A DNA stretch of 62,275 bases, the filler included, from Sphacelaria rigidula (Eukaryota): assembly GCA_964200075.2 (NCBI GenBank). It is 10 parts of 10 records of this genome, joined end to end, with 100 filler letters (N's around TTAATTAATTAA, not from the genome) between each part and the next. Parts side by side here need not be neighbours in the genome. Positions count along the whole stretch, not along the records: positions 1 to 6,138 come from CAXNAA020021988.1; positions 6,239 to 12,376 come from CAXNAA020021989.1; 8 more parts are not named here. One strand, 5' to 3'. Made by a program: the position numbers and the translations under genes. Below the pieces are notes generated by a model, which saw only the letters and a list, made by a program, of their open reading frames with translations, did not search any database and was not told the origin of the DNA. How positions within the stretch are numbered: the stretch's first letter is position 1; each line of letters begins with the position of its first letter. Positions 1 through 10,872 of this stretch are shown in pieces.

Positions 1-394
1 CTTTCGGGCAATCAGGCAGAAGAAATCGTGAATATGGTGATTTTGAGTCGTGATGATTTGTCCTAACCGTGGAAATTTCGAAATGAGTTTCTGGAGTGGA
101 CAGCATGTAACTGAAAAAAAATGAAGAGGGGGAAAGTTGGGGTGTTTGCCAATACCTCATGTATTTTGTGTCAGATTTTGATAAATCACGACTCAAAATC
201 GAGAAGCAAAATCTCTGTTCAGTATGAATTCCCGTTTGCATTTTTGGTGGCCCAGGTTGTATTAGTACCAACCTGATTGAAGAAGAAAACAGTGTACTCA
301 CTCCGAAGGAAAGACATGGTGTCTTCTAATTTTCCGATGGCGCTCAGCGATACGTGCGTGTGGTTGGTGTGAAATGACGTTTTGTTTGATACAG

Positions 395-528
395 GAAACT
401 AAAGAAGAACAAGCCCTTACCTGATGTGCCACTCAACAAGTACCTGAAGCTCCTGAGGAGATTGCCGGTCGAAGGTGTGCCTGGTCGACAGGGGGACAAG
501 ACAGTGGCGATCATCATTGCTAACGGAG
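395..528 (+). CDS. sppA: Signal peptide peptidase A (protease IV, S49 family), internal exon
   Basis: Bounded by acag| and |gtacac. Encodes KLKKNKPLPDVPLNKYLKLLRR...DKTVAIIIANG, resembling the SppA inter-domain linker and the IAII.A.G.I strand. The phase-1 end matches the exon at 1891. Confidence 0.65.
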
Positions 529-933
529 GTACACGTGTGCAACACGAACCGGATAGTGTTTTTTCTTTCTCTTTCGTGTGCTTCATGTCGTCGTGATTGT
601 TGGACGTGAGTTTTTTCTTTGCGGAAAACGTATCCCACCAGAAAGAGACCTAGAAACAGTCTCTTGCGTAAAAGTCGAAGGGTCATTTCGACGTTGGCCG
701 GGAGGAGAGCGAAATGTACACAGCGGGGGCTTTCCAATCGTGTACACGTCTACGCACATCTATCTTCAGGCGAAAAGGAAAGTGGTGCGATCGTGCTTAT
801 GTGTGTATGAATTTATTTACGTTCATGAGAAAATGAAGGGTAGGTTGATACTAAACTTGTGCACATGGATTGTTGGATGCTTGTGGGTGGCGGGCATCGT
901 TACCGATAAAGGGTACAGTACTGCTTCCAACTG

Positions 934-1305
934 GTCATCCCGGTGGCTCAGTTGGTCAACTCGAAAGCTTCTGACGGTTGGGTCATGGGTTTGAACGTCG
1001 ATGAAGTCGCATGATCTGGAATATTTTCTCACACAACACCCCAACAGCGGAGAGCGACGATGCCGGGGGTACACAATATTCGACTTCACGGTCGAGGAGG
1101 TAAAGTTTCCACTGAACCCCTCTCGCGATAAAATAAGGCAAGCACCGCAGGAAGCAAGGTGGAATACTGCAAACAAAATAAACGTTAACAACTCCTGTGC
1201 TAGACCGGCCTTCCTCCTGTGTGACTCCGGCTGATGCGCCCACATACACCGAAAGCTTTAGACTGGCGTCCAGAATAGATGGCATGACGGAACACACACA
1301 AGCAC
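934..1305 (+). mobile_element. tRNA-derived SINE family A, near full length, intronic
   Basis: A-box TGGCTCAGTTGG (944-955), B-box-like GGTTTGAAC (988-996), AC-rich tail; three more copies in the window. Confidence 0.8.
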
Positions 1306-1890
1306 ACGCTGCTGGTGTACCCGGAGTTGTCTACTTTCCTCCCCCCAGCTTTGCCTGAACCCGTTAGGAGCACCTGAACTTGGCAAGCGATAAGTGCCTC
1401 AGAATGTCTCGACGAATGCGGCGACGAAGTCCGTGGATACGAAATACCTGTTTCTTCAGCCTCTTTGTCGTGCGAGAACTAAAATATTTCCCTTCACCGC
1501 TCAGAGATGCACAGAGAGGTAGCAGACGCAGCCTCTAGGCGCACATCTTTTGTTATCCGCGAAAACACAGAGCTGGTTCTGGTGTCTGTGTGGGCGGTTC
1601 CCCATGTCTGGTCTACCTGGGCATGGACGGTGTAGTAGTCACCGCAGCACTCTCGAGCTGGTGACTATCTGTACAGTGACAACAACAAGTGATCCACATC
1701 CGATCTGTCCAGGGTTGACAACAGAGACACGCTCCCGAAATGGTGGCTGCCTGTACATTGATTCTCAACACCAAGTGGCCCACCCAAACTTGTGTGAACC
1801 GACCTACTTCTTGTCTTGTTTCGGGTTTTCGTCGTTGCTTGCTCTTCTCCGCCTCTTCTCTCTGTCTCCCTGTCTTTCTCTCGTCCATAG

Positions 1891-1982
1891 CGATCGTGTC
1901 GACCCCGGCGTCCCCATCAGGAGATTCCCTTCGGGTGGAGTCATTCAGGAAGCAAGTTCAGCGCGTGATCGACAATTCCAAT
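1891..1982 (+). CDS. sppA: SppA internal exon
   Basis: Polypyrimidine tract plus tag| acceptor and |gtgagc donor. Splices in frame to give VAIIIANGAIVSTPASPSGDSLRVESFRKQVQRVIDNSN, the segment preceding the KAVVLRVDSPGG motif. The next exon was not found. Confidence 0.65.
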
Positions 1983-2715
1983 GTGAGCTCTGCGGCTGTA
2001 TATTTCGCGCCCCCCCCTTCGTATAGCGCCTCCACAAAAATTTCATCTGCGATCACTGCGTTGAACCCGTGTGACTGCGTTGTAGCGTTGTAGTGGTGGT
2101 CACCATCCATGTACATATAGGTGACCACGGCTGAATCCATGGGTGATCAGTAAATGGGCAACAATCAATAAGTCAATGAATCAATGTACATGCCAATGTG
2201 AACGTTTTTTTCTCGATTTGTGTATACGAATAGCTACCTCCTCATCTTCCCAGTCGAAAGGCTAAAGGGAATCGTTTGCGGCTAAGAGCACCTGTGTGAT
2301 GGGCCTGGACTCAGCGGGACAGTTCGAAAGTCGCTCTTGCTGTTGTTGTATTCGCATTCGAAACCGTCCAAATCTCTATGCCGTGCCTTTGATCTGCCGT
2401 GCTGGGTATCTAGTGCGGACGCCTCCCGTGGCGTCACAGGCTAACTGCCCAAAAGCAAGGTGTCACCTCCCGGAAAAATCGACGCAGGCGCGGTACAATC
2501 AAAGACGAAATTATAGCAACACCAGAAGGTCAAACGCCGAAGGCGATAATTCGGACGAAAGGCGATGGAGCTCATCGCTCCTAGTTGACACGCGTAGCGA
2601 GGGAAAACAAGAAGCAAAATCTAGGACCAAAGATGACCAGTCGAGACAAGAAAGAAGATACGCATGATTCTGCATTTGTACCCTTACTAGGCCGGGGTGT
2701 ATTTCCAGCCGGTCG

Positions 2716-3290
2716 CTGCGACCCGGTGGTGTAATGGTCCGACTTTCGCCAGTGGGGTGGAGAGAACGAGGGTTTGCTTCCCGATGCGCTGGGTTTTTTC
2801 TTCGTAATGTATGATTTCCACACGTCGGACAGCTCATGAGCTACCGAAAATAACAAATCGAAGGGGGCTCTCAGATTGCTCATCCAAAAACACAAATTAC
2901 GTGACAGCAGGGCCCGAGAAGCCAAAGCGCTACCTTTGCGCTTCTCCGCGTGCTCGGTGTCCAGCGCTATAGGGAGAAAATATGGAAAAAGCGATCACAT
3001 GAGCTAGCTCGTGATCCGGACCAGTACACTAATAAGAAGTAATATTTAGGTAGCTCATGAGCTGTCCGACGTGTGATGATTTCCACCGTGGAAAGCGTTA
3101 GAATCTGAGTAAACAAAGTAGTCGACTGGATTTGTGTGAGACGTGAGTTGACGCGGTGCGGGAGTGCTGACCCAATCCGCGAGACCAAAATGTAAGGCGT
3201 GTACCGGAGCAGAGATGGGTTGATCCCTTGAGACAACGAACTCATCCTGAGGAAGGGAAGGGGTTCAAAGTGCGAGGAAAACAAAAAAGC
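2716..3290 (+). mobile_element. tRNA-derived SINE family B, interrupted by a MITE
   Basis: A-box TGGTGTAATGG, degenerate B-box, A-rich tail; colinear with the uninterrupted copy at 36258-36575. Confidence 0.8.
2819..3075. mobile_element. MITE, hAT/P-type by target site duplication length
   Basis: Perfect 27-bp TIR CACACGTCGGACAGCTCATGAGCTACC; perfect 8-bp TSD ATGATTTC at 2811-2818 and 3076-3083. Confidence 0.92.
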
Positions 3291-4560
3291 CGTTTCCCCG
3301 TGCATGCCGTAATTGGATCAGCTGATTTCTCTGTCAACCGTTCTACTCTAGACTGGGGAAAAAGACCGCCCTCGGGTTAATTCGTCTCTGCGAAGCGCGC
3401 AGTGTCCGAGCAAGATGCCCTACACGGTACAGTAGGAGACGGCACGGTTTGGAACGAGGCGTCAGCAGAAACGGTCTAGCAACCCGAGCCAGTACGGTTC
3501 AGTACGGGGAGTCAAGAGGAACGGTTCGGAAACCAGTCCTGTGGCCAGTGTGATCCAGCCGAGCCAATGACTATGTAGACCCGTATTGAAAATCTTACAG
3601 AGGGGAGGCTCCAGAAGCGAGTTCGATGGCTAGGGCGTTCGTGCAAGACCGCGATCCCCACCTGAATCATCCGCCCGTCCAGTACCCTACCCGACTAGGT
3701 CAATGCTCATCCCAAGCGCCCAGCCGTAGTATTGAGAAAACCGTTGTAGAGCAAGTGTAGTGGCCGACAAGAGGCGGCCGAAAGGGGAATTCATAAGAGA
3801 GTGATTGTGGAGGTCGTGAGACTCCCGGTGGCGGTAGAAACCGTCGAAGGTGGCCGGTTATTTTCCTCGTGTTTTGCAGTCGAGGATTGACCGTCGGTCG
3901 TGGGGTGCAGGCAAGGGGATCACTCGGGAAAGCTCGACGAGCGCGAGCGAGTTAGCCCGAAGAAGAAGTGATTCCTAGGGATGGCCAGCAGTTCGCTGAA
4001 AAGATCCCTGTTACCTTCGGGTCCCAGATCTGGCTGTACAGATATGGGAGTATCGGGGCCCCCGGGAACGAACCCTGTAACAGCCGTTCACTAGGTTACA
4101 CGTCATAAAAGGAAATCTCTCCGCACATGCCAAAATGGCGATCTCCGCAAAATAGGGGGGAATCATGATACGCTCTTCAGGTATGCCGACGACACACCAT
4201 CGTGAAGAGACCGCGCCACTGGCTACCTGCTGGCGTCAGATAGTACATAACACGCAATAGCCCCCCTCGTCGAAAGTACAACACAACAAAATTGGTATGT
4301 ATCACGTCTAAAAACTGGTCAAATGAAGTGAAGGCCCAGCAAGTGAGCCAATCGTTTCCTTCGCGGCTGCGGATACGGCGAAGTCTGCGAAAGTATCCGC
4401 GAGGAACATGTAAACACCCTGTTGCATTCATTTTTGAACCTATCGCTGGATCGATGTTTGACGGTCTGGCGGCGTTCAGTTCTACCGCACGAAATACTGC
4501 GGCGGGAACTCAAGAAGTGTTGACCGTTTTCACCGCCCAAAATAATCATAGCCATGTGCT

Positions 4561-4629
4561 TGTATGTATGTATGTATGTATGTATGTATGTATGTATGTA
4601 TGTATGTATGTATGTATGTATGTATGTAT
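4561..4629. repeat. (TATG)n microsatellite
   Basis: Direct inspection. Confidence 0.95.
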
Positions 4630-6085
4630 ATGTCTTTTCTGCTCCTTTTATTTTCCTGCTTGCGTGTTTGTTTCTTTTTGTGTGTTGTTTTCTATGTTTG
4701 TTTTGTCTTCGGCTTTGCTTTCGCTTGATTTTCTCCTTCTTCTAGTTTTTTTTTCTCAGTTTACTCCTTTTTTTTCACCCTTTTTTTCTATTTTTCCCCT
4801 TCACTGTGTTTTTCCTGTAACGAGCGTTTTCCGTTTTTTTTACGTTGAGTATATATTTATCTCGTGATTATTGCTGTCCGTCGGGGGCCAGTTAATGTAC
4901 GACAATAAATCCATCGATCAACCAACCAATCAAACATCCAATGAATACATTAGTACATCAATACATCGCCCAATGTTTTTGTCCGTCGAATTGTCACCAC
5001 GGATTGGGGGAGGTTCTATTGATGTATGTATGATATCGTCCGTATTTTTCAGTGGTGGTGGCCATTTTTACTGTAGTCATTTCTCCTTCATCTTCAGCTT
5101 CGTGCGGAAGGAGTTCTAGAGGACTCAGTATGAGGAGCCTGTCTACACTTCGTGAACGAAACATGTACGGGTAATGGCTCAGAAACAGCACGCAGCAAGA
5201 CGCCGCCAACATATTCGCTGTGAGAGTTCGGTCCGAAACTTTCGGCGCTTCGCTCGATTCAGCGACAGCGGAACGAATGGCGTCAACTTTTCTCTGTCGC
5301 TTCTCGTTATTTTCTTCTGTTGATGCGTGATTCTTCTTGTTGTTCCGTTTCCGGTGTTTCTGTTGTTTAGTCATCCCACCAGGGGTGCGCAGAGTCTTTT
5401 TTTGTCTTTTTTCTTTGTTTGTAGTTGCACTTCCTCACTCTTCGTGTAGATGTTGTTTGTTGCTCGCCTTCCTCTGCGGGCTGTTTGAGTTATATGGATA
5501 TGGGTGGTGTGCTCCTCGCATTCTGTGACCACAGGTTCGAGAGATCGAGCTAGTGTGACGAACATGACAATGATGATATAATAACTCCCTCACTTTACTC
5601 ACTCCATTTCTCGTCGATTGTTTTCGCCAGCTTCAATCACGGACGCTTGCTTTATTAGGCTGTGAATCGACACGCTGAAACATGTGCCGTGAGAAAGGAA
5701 TGCTATGCGTGTGTGCCGTGTGTAGGAAGATTTGTCGTGGTCCGTGTGAAAGCAAGATCGCCATTTGCCGGGTGTCGGTTTTGTCGTCGCTTATCTTCGT
5801 GGAACTCAAAGACACATATATATATATATATATATATTCTCTGTACAGTATCTGATTTCCACCGGCGAAAGCAGGTGTATATGAGAGTCATGCTACTATT
5901 GGGGGGGGGGGGTTCGAGGTTATTCCTTCCTCAAAAGAAGCAATAGTTGTTCGAAAGCGCTTGCTACCGAAAAATGACCCTCATTCAGAACTGCTTGACA
6001 CCGTTTTCACACAAACACAAAGGCAACGCGAGTGCGTTTGACCATTTGACACACCTATGAGCCTTTTTTCCTGGAATCACACCCA

Positions 6086-6116
<31 letters not shown>

Positions 6117-6138
6117 CCCCCCCCAACACCCCCAACGC

Positions 6139-6238
6139 NNNNNNNNNNNNNNNNNNNNNNNNNNNNNNNNNNNNNNNNNNNNTTAATTAATTAANNNNNN
6201 NNNNNNNNNNNNNNNNNNNNNNNNNNNNNNNNNNNNNN
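6139..6238. other. Artificial contig linker (N44-TTAATTAATTAA-N44)
   Basis: Identical 100-bp spacer with six-frame stops; the same spacer also lies at 12377-12476, 18615-18714, 24853-24952, 31091-31190, 37328-37427, 43565-43664, 49802-49901 and 56039-56138. Confidence 0.98.
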
Positions 6239-6390
6239 CTAGCTCTCAATTTACAAACCACCCAACCTCACACCCCATCCCCCCCCACCCTCCCCCCCCT
6301 CCCGCTTCACCTTCCGCCCCCCCCCCCCCCCCCCCCCCCAACCTCCTATTCACGCTCAATTTCCCGTCCATCTGGTTGTCTTCTCATCAG

Positions 6391-6638
6391 GTGCCAAGGG
6401 AGCCGGGGTGGCAGCACAGCCAGGAGGATCTGTGGCCATCGTCGGCTGCGAGTTGAGGCGCTGTGGCGGCGCTGGGCTTGTGATCGAAGGCGGCGGACGC
6501 GCGGTGCTGAATGACTCGTACGTGTACTGGAATCGGGGTCCTGGGGTGCGCGTTGATGCGTATGGCGTGGTGTCCTTGGAGCACAACGATTGCTCCCTGA
6601 ATGGAGGCGGGGCGATGGTGGTGCAGGGCAGCGTGAGG
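6391..6638 (+). CDS. Right-handed parallel beta-helix (PbH1-like) exon, penultimate exon
   Basis: Bounded by tcatcag| and |gtaaga. Roughly 23-aa periodic motifs (GAGVAA...IVGCELRRCGGAGLVI...LNDSYVYWNRGPGVRV...LEHNDCSLNGGGAMVV). The phase-0 end fits the exon at 7162. Confidence 0.8.
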
Positions 6639-7161
6639 GTAAGATTTTGCTTGTACTTGGATCGTTGCGGAGTTGTGGGGGCCGGGGCCGGGTGCAGGCG
6701 GTTAATTCCAACTGTCGGTTAACTAAAAGTTAGAAGGTATTTTTTTTCCCAGACGTGACTACTCCAGCTGCTCCGAAAACTATTGTCTGGACACAAATTA
6801 AATAGCAGCTTGACCCTGAATATTGAAGAGGGAGGAATTTCCAACACTGCTGATTAATTCATCGATTGATTGGTTGTCGTGCATTAGCTCATTGGCTCCG
6901 ACTTCAAACGTGGTTCTAAGATGTATCCAAGGCGCCACGGCTAATGTAATTGGAAAATGGTGTCGAAATGATGCGGGTGGAAAGGGAGGACGATATCGCC
7001 GCTGCCCTCGAAGTAGTTAGATTGGTGTGTTAACGTCAAACAAAATCTCGACAAATTCGGTCCAGCTCGTGCCTGAGGACACGCACTGAGTCCCTACTAC
7101 GCCCGTTCCTCACTGCCCCACTACCCTTTATTATCTTGTGCCCCAATCCAAACCGAATCAG

Positions 7162-7297
7162 GTATCTCGCAGGAACTGCTGCCTTGTCCGAAAGAGGGAC
7201 GCGGCTACGGCCGAACTCCCCGAGGGTTTCAGGGGACACGACCGAGCACCGCCTCACGCCCCGTACTCCGACGCTGAGAGCAAGAACGGGGCTGCGG

Positions 7298-7366
<69 letters not shown>

Positions 7367-9326
7367 GAAGTGCAGACGCCAACGCCGAAATCTCCTCCGA
7401 CGATGGCAGTCAGGGCCTTGACAGGGGGGGGAGCGGCAGCAGCAGCAGCGGCAGCAGCGGCAGCGGCAGCGGCGACAACGGACGGGCAACCGGCGAAGGA
7501 AAGCGATGTAACCTGAGCGCAGCCACTAAACCTATCGCAAAGAAGAAACGAACCGACCCGGGTCCTCAGAACATTCCGAGGGTTGGCGGAGGGGCAGCGA
7601 TGCAGCAAGGCGGAGAGGCTGCAGTTCCAGATCGTCGGCATGGGAGCGTTGGGAGTGTTCAGCAAGCACAAACTGAGCAAGTTGTCGCACCGCGGGTAGC
7701 GGTACCCTCCGATCATCCCCAGGTCGAAGCCCGTGCCGCGTCGAGCGTCGTTGCCGTTGGAAACGGGCAGTATAGTGACCCCACCACTCATTCACGAGCG
7801 GTGCCGACGCCAACAACGCACGCCACCAACACCCCTCCTACCTATCACCAACCCCACCGCCAAACACAACCGCGTCGAGCTGCGGGCGGCGCGTCGCAGT
7901 CGGTCGCACCTGGCGGTGCTGCTGGTGCTGTTCCTACCGTGGCTCGGCCATGGATGGGGGTGCAATCGTCGCAGAGTCCTGCTGGATCTGGCCGACAAGG
8001 CTCGGCGTCCCTGCGGGAAGTGCCTTGGGCTGGTACTGGGGGAAGAGGGCCGGGTCAGGGTAGAAGTCAGAGCTCGTCGATGCCTAATGGTGCCGGGAAC
8101 GGCAGGGGGCATGAGCGTGGGAAGAGTGGAATTGGACGTGATGGTCAGGACAAGGCCGCCGCTAGTGGCAGCGGTAGCGGTGTTCAGGGCAAAGGGAGAG
8201 ATGCCCGAGCCTCTATCGGGGCGCCAGTGCGTGGACGTGCATCAGCGGGGCCTGAAGGATCAGGGGCACCAAGGGACCCGCGTTTGAGACAGGAAGCGCG
8301 TGCACCGGGAGGGTACACTTCGACAGCGGAGTACCTTGGATTGCGCGCGCTACTCGCACCCGCTCCGGCTTCGCCGGCCCGACCAACTCCTACTCTTGCG
8401 TCTCCGCCCGTCTCACCAACGATTATTTCCCCCAGGGACGGTGGCGGGGGAAGGAGTGGAGGACAAGACCGGGGTAGCTTTACGCCGTCTATCGACGTCG
8501 GCGGAGAGTCGGCGGTGGCGAGATCCCCGTCGGGGTTTGCGTCGCCGCAGTCGCATGCAGGGCGCGATCGAGCAAGTTCGCCTACGCGAAGATCCAGCTC
8601 CGGAACGTCTAGCCCGTCAAGTCCGAGATCTGATCGGCTCACGTCCCCGTCGCAACGAAACCGAGACCAGCAACAATACTCTTCGCCACCGCTCCGCCGA
8701 GAGCATTACCGTGAAAGTCGAGGAGCGCATCACGGTGGTGACGGGGACCTTACATCGCGTCATCATCACGGGTTCCCTGATGATGGCCGTCATCGTCGTG
8801 GGCATTCTGACGACGGCCGTCATCGCCGACACTCGGAAGATGGCCGTCACCGCGGACTCTCTGACGATGGTCGTCATCGTGTGCAATCTGAAGATGGCCG
8901 TCATCGCGGTCACTCTGATGATAGCCGTCATCGCGGTCGCCCAGACGACCGTAGGGAGAGCTATGCCGGCTACGCAGCGCGTAGCCGACAACAGGAGGAC
9001 CATTCACGTCACGGTAGCAGCGCTGTAGGCAGGAGTCACGGCGATCGTGGGACCAGTAGCCACCACGAAAGCGCCAACCGCCCGCGCGACCATGGTGAGT
9101 CGCGCCCCGTGAGCATTCATGACGCTCTCAGCAGGGAGCGGCCAGCAGGCGGTTCGCCTGGCGGGTCCTCTCACCCACCGACGTACGATGGTGCCCGGCA
9201 TTCTCAGGTGGGACCCGGTACGACCGATGAAAGACAAAGCTCGGGCGCCGAGAGCTACCGGCCGGTGTCAAGTGACGGAGTCGGCGTCACCGCTTCCGGC
9301 CGATCTGAGTGGCAAAACTCACCGAT

Positions 9327-9374
<48 letters not shown>

Positions 9375-10686
9375 GCAGCAACAACAGCATCAGCATCAAC
9401 AAGAGCATCAGCTGCAAGATCATCATCACCAGCATCTGCATCCGCACCCGTATCCGCATCATCATCAGCAACAACAACATCAGCCAGCAGCGCACCTAGT
9501 GTCCGCCCACCACGATAAATCTCAGGAGGAAGAGGAGCCACCACCGCCGCCACCCCGTCCTGAAAGACTCGAACCTGCTCCATTGCAGCAGCAGCAGCAG
9601 CAGCAGCAACAGCAACATCAACAACCATCGCAGCCAACGTGGGTACAGCAGCACCAGCAGACCCTGCAACGCCAACTGCAACAGCATGTCGCGCGGCAGC
9701 ACCAGCAACAACAGCACCTCCAACAACAGCAGGTTCAGGCTCCGGCACCGCAACAGCAGCAACACTTCCAACAGCAGCAGGTTCAGCCCCCGGCGTCGCA
9801 GCAGCAGCCACAGCACCTCCAACAACAGCAGGTGCAGACACCGGTGCCGCATCAGCAACACCTTCAGCAGCAGCAGGCTCAGACACCGGCGCCGCCATCT
9901 CCAGCTCCCGCCGCACAGCCCGCGGAAGAGGAGGTGCCCCCGCCTCCTCCCCCACGGCCACGGGATTGGTACACGGGACAGCCCGCGGCCCAGGTCCAGC
10001 AGGTCGTCGGTACCACTGCGGTTCCGCAGACTTCCCCTAATGCTGTCAGTGCTGTTGCAGCACCCCCGGGAGCATACAGTTATCCTGCCTACTCGGGATA
10101 TAATCCTCAGCCCTTGGGTGGCCCCGCGGCCAGTCAAACGGTGGTAGCGACGGGAAATCCACTCACGCAAGGCCCCGCTGCTGTGCCTGGTGCTACCGGT
10201 GCTACACCGGGCACAGGAGTTCAGCCTGCAGCAGTAGCACCGACCCCCGAACCGGCTCCTTCACCTGGTGTTGTTGCTTCTGCCGCGTTCCCTTATTCCC
10301 CCTACCCGGCATATAACCCCGCACCTACTACACCAGGAGTCGCTCCGGTAACTGCGATCGCTTCACAGATCGTTCAAGCCGCGGGCGTTGGTAATGCTGA
10401 TGCTACGGTGGGTTCTGCGGGCCTGGTGACGCAGGGTAACCCGACTCAGGTGCCCCCCCCCGTCGCCGGGTCATTGCACGGTGATGTTACTGCAGGTGCT
10501 GCCGCTGTTGCTGCCTCGATTGCTGGCGGTGCGGGTGGGGCACCACCCGTGTATGCGTTTAATCCCGTGGCGTACGCTGCGGCGGCGGCCGCCGCCGCCA
10601 CCGCCGCCTATCAGAGACAGTATTACTTGCAACAGCAGCAGTTGACCCAACAAATACAGGAACAAGCACAGGTTAACCAGTACCTG

Positions 10687-10720
<34 letters not shown>

Positions 10721-10872
10721 CACCGCAGCCGCACATGCAGCAACATTCTCAGATAAACGTTGCCTCTCCAGCGGTGGCTCCACAACAACAGAATCCGTAT
10801 GCCCCGTACCATGCGAACAACCCATATCAAGGACAACCGCCACCAGGCGGCGGGGGTGGGGATGGTCGCTGA
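7162..10872 (+). CDS. Very long terminal exon encoding a low-complexity region (polyN, G/S/R-rich, HSDDGRHRG repeats, polyQ/H, P/A/Y-rich)
   Basis: 3.7-kb stop-free frame, gaatcag| acceptor in phase 0, TGA at 10870-10872; synonymous variation between the repeats. Confidence 0.85.

Noticed and set aside
39..200. 16-bp inverted repeat GATTTTGAGTCGTGAT
   Set aside because: Real, but element ends and TSD cannot be defined at the contig edge; too little to classify
936..1010. Functional tRNA genes (also at 2720-2790 and 36500-36575)
   Set aside because: No complete cloverleaf; the heads continue into shared SINE bodies
3305..4100. Solo LTR ending in GTTACA (similar suspicion at about 54462-55150)
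   Set aside because: No clear TG start, TSD or second copy in the window
4994..5374. K/N/E-rich 126-aa minus-strand ORF
   Set aside because: Derived from a T-rich low-complexity tract, antisense to the probable SppA intron, with no motif support
6183..6194. Periodic TTAATTAATTAA every ~6.24 kb as a biological repeat
   Set aside because: Always centred in N runs; an artificial six-frame-stop linker
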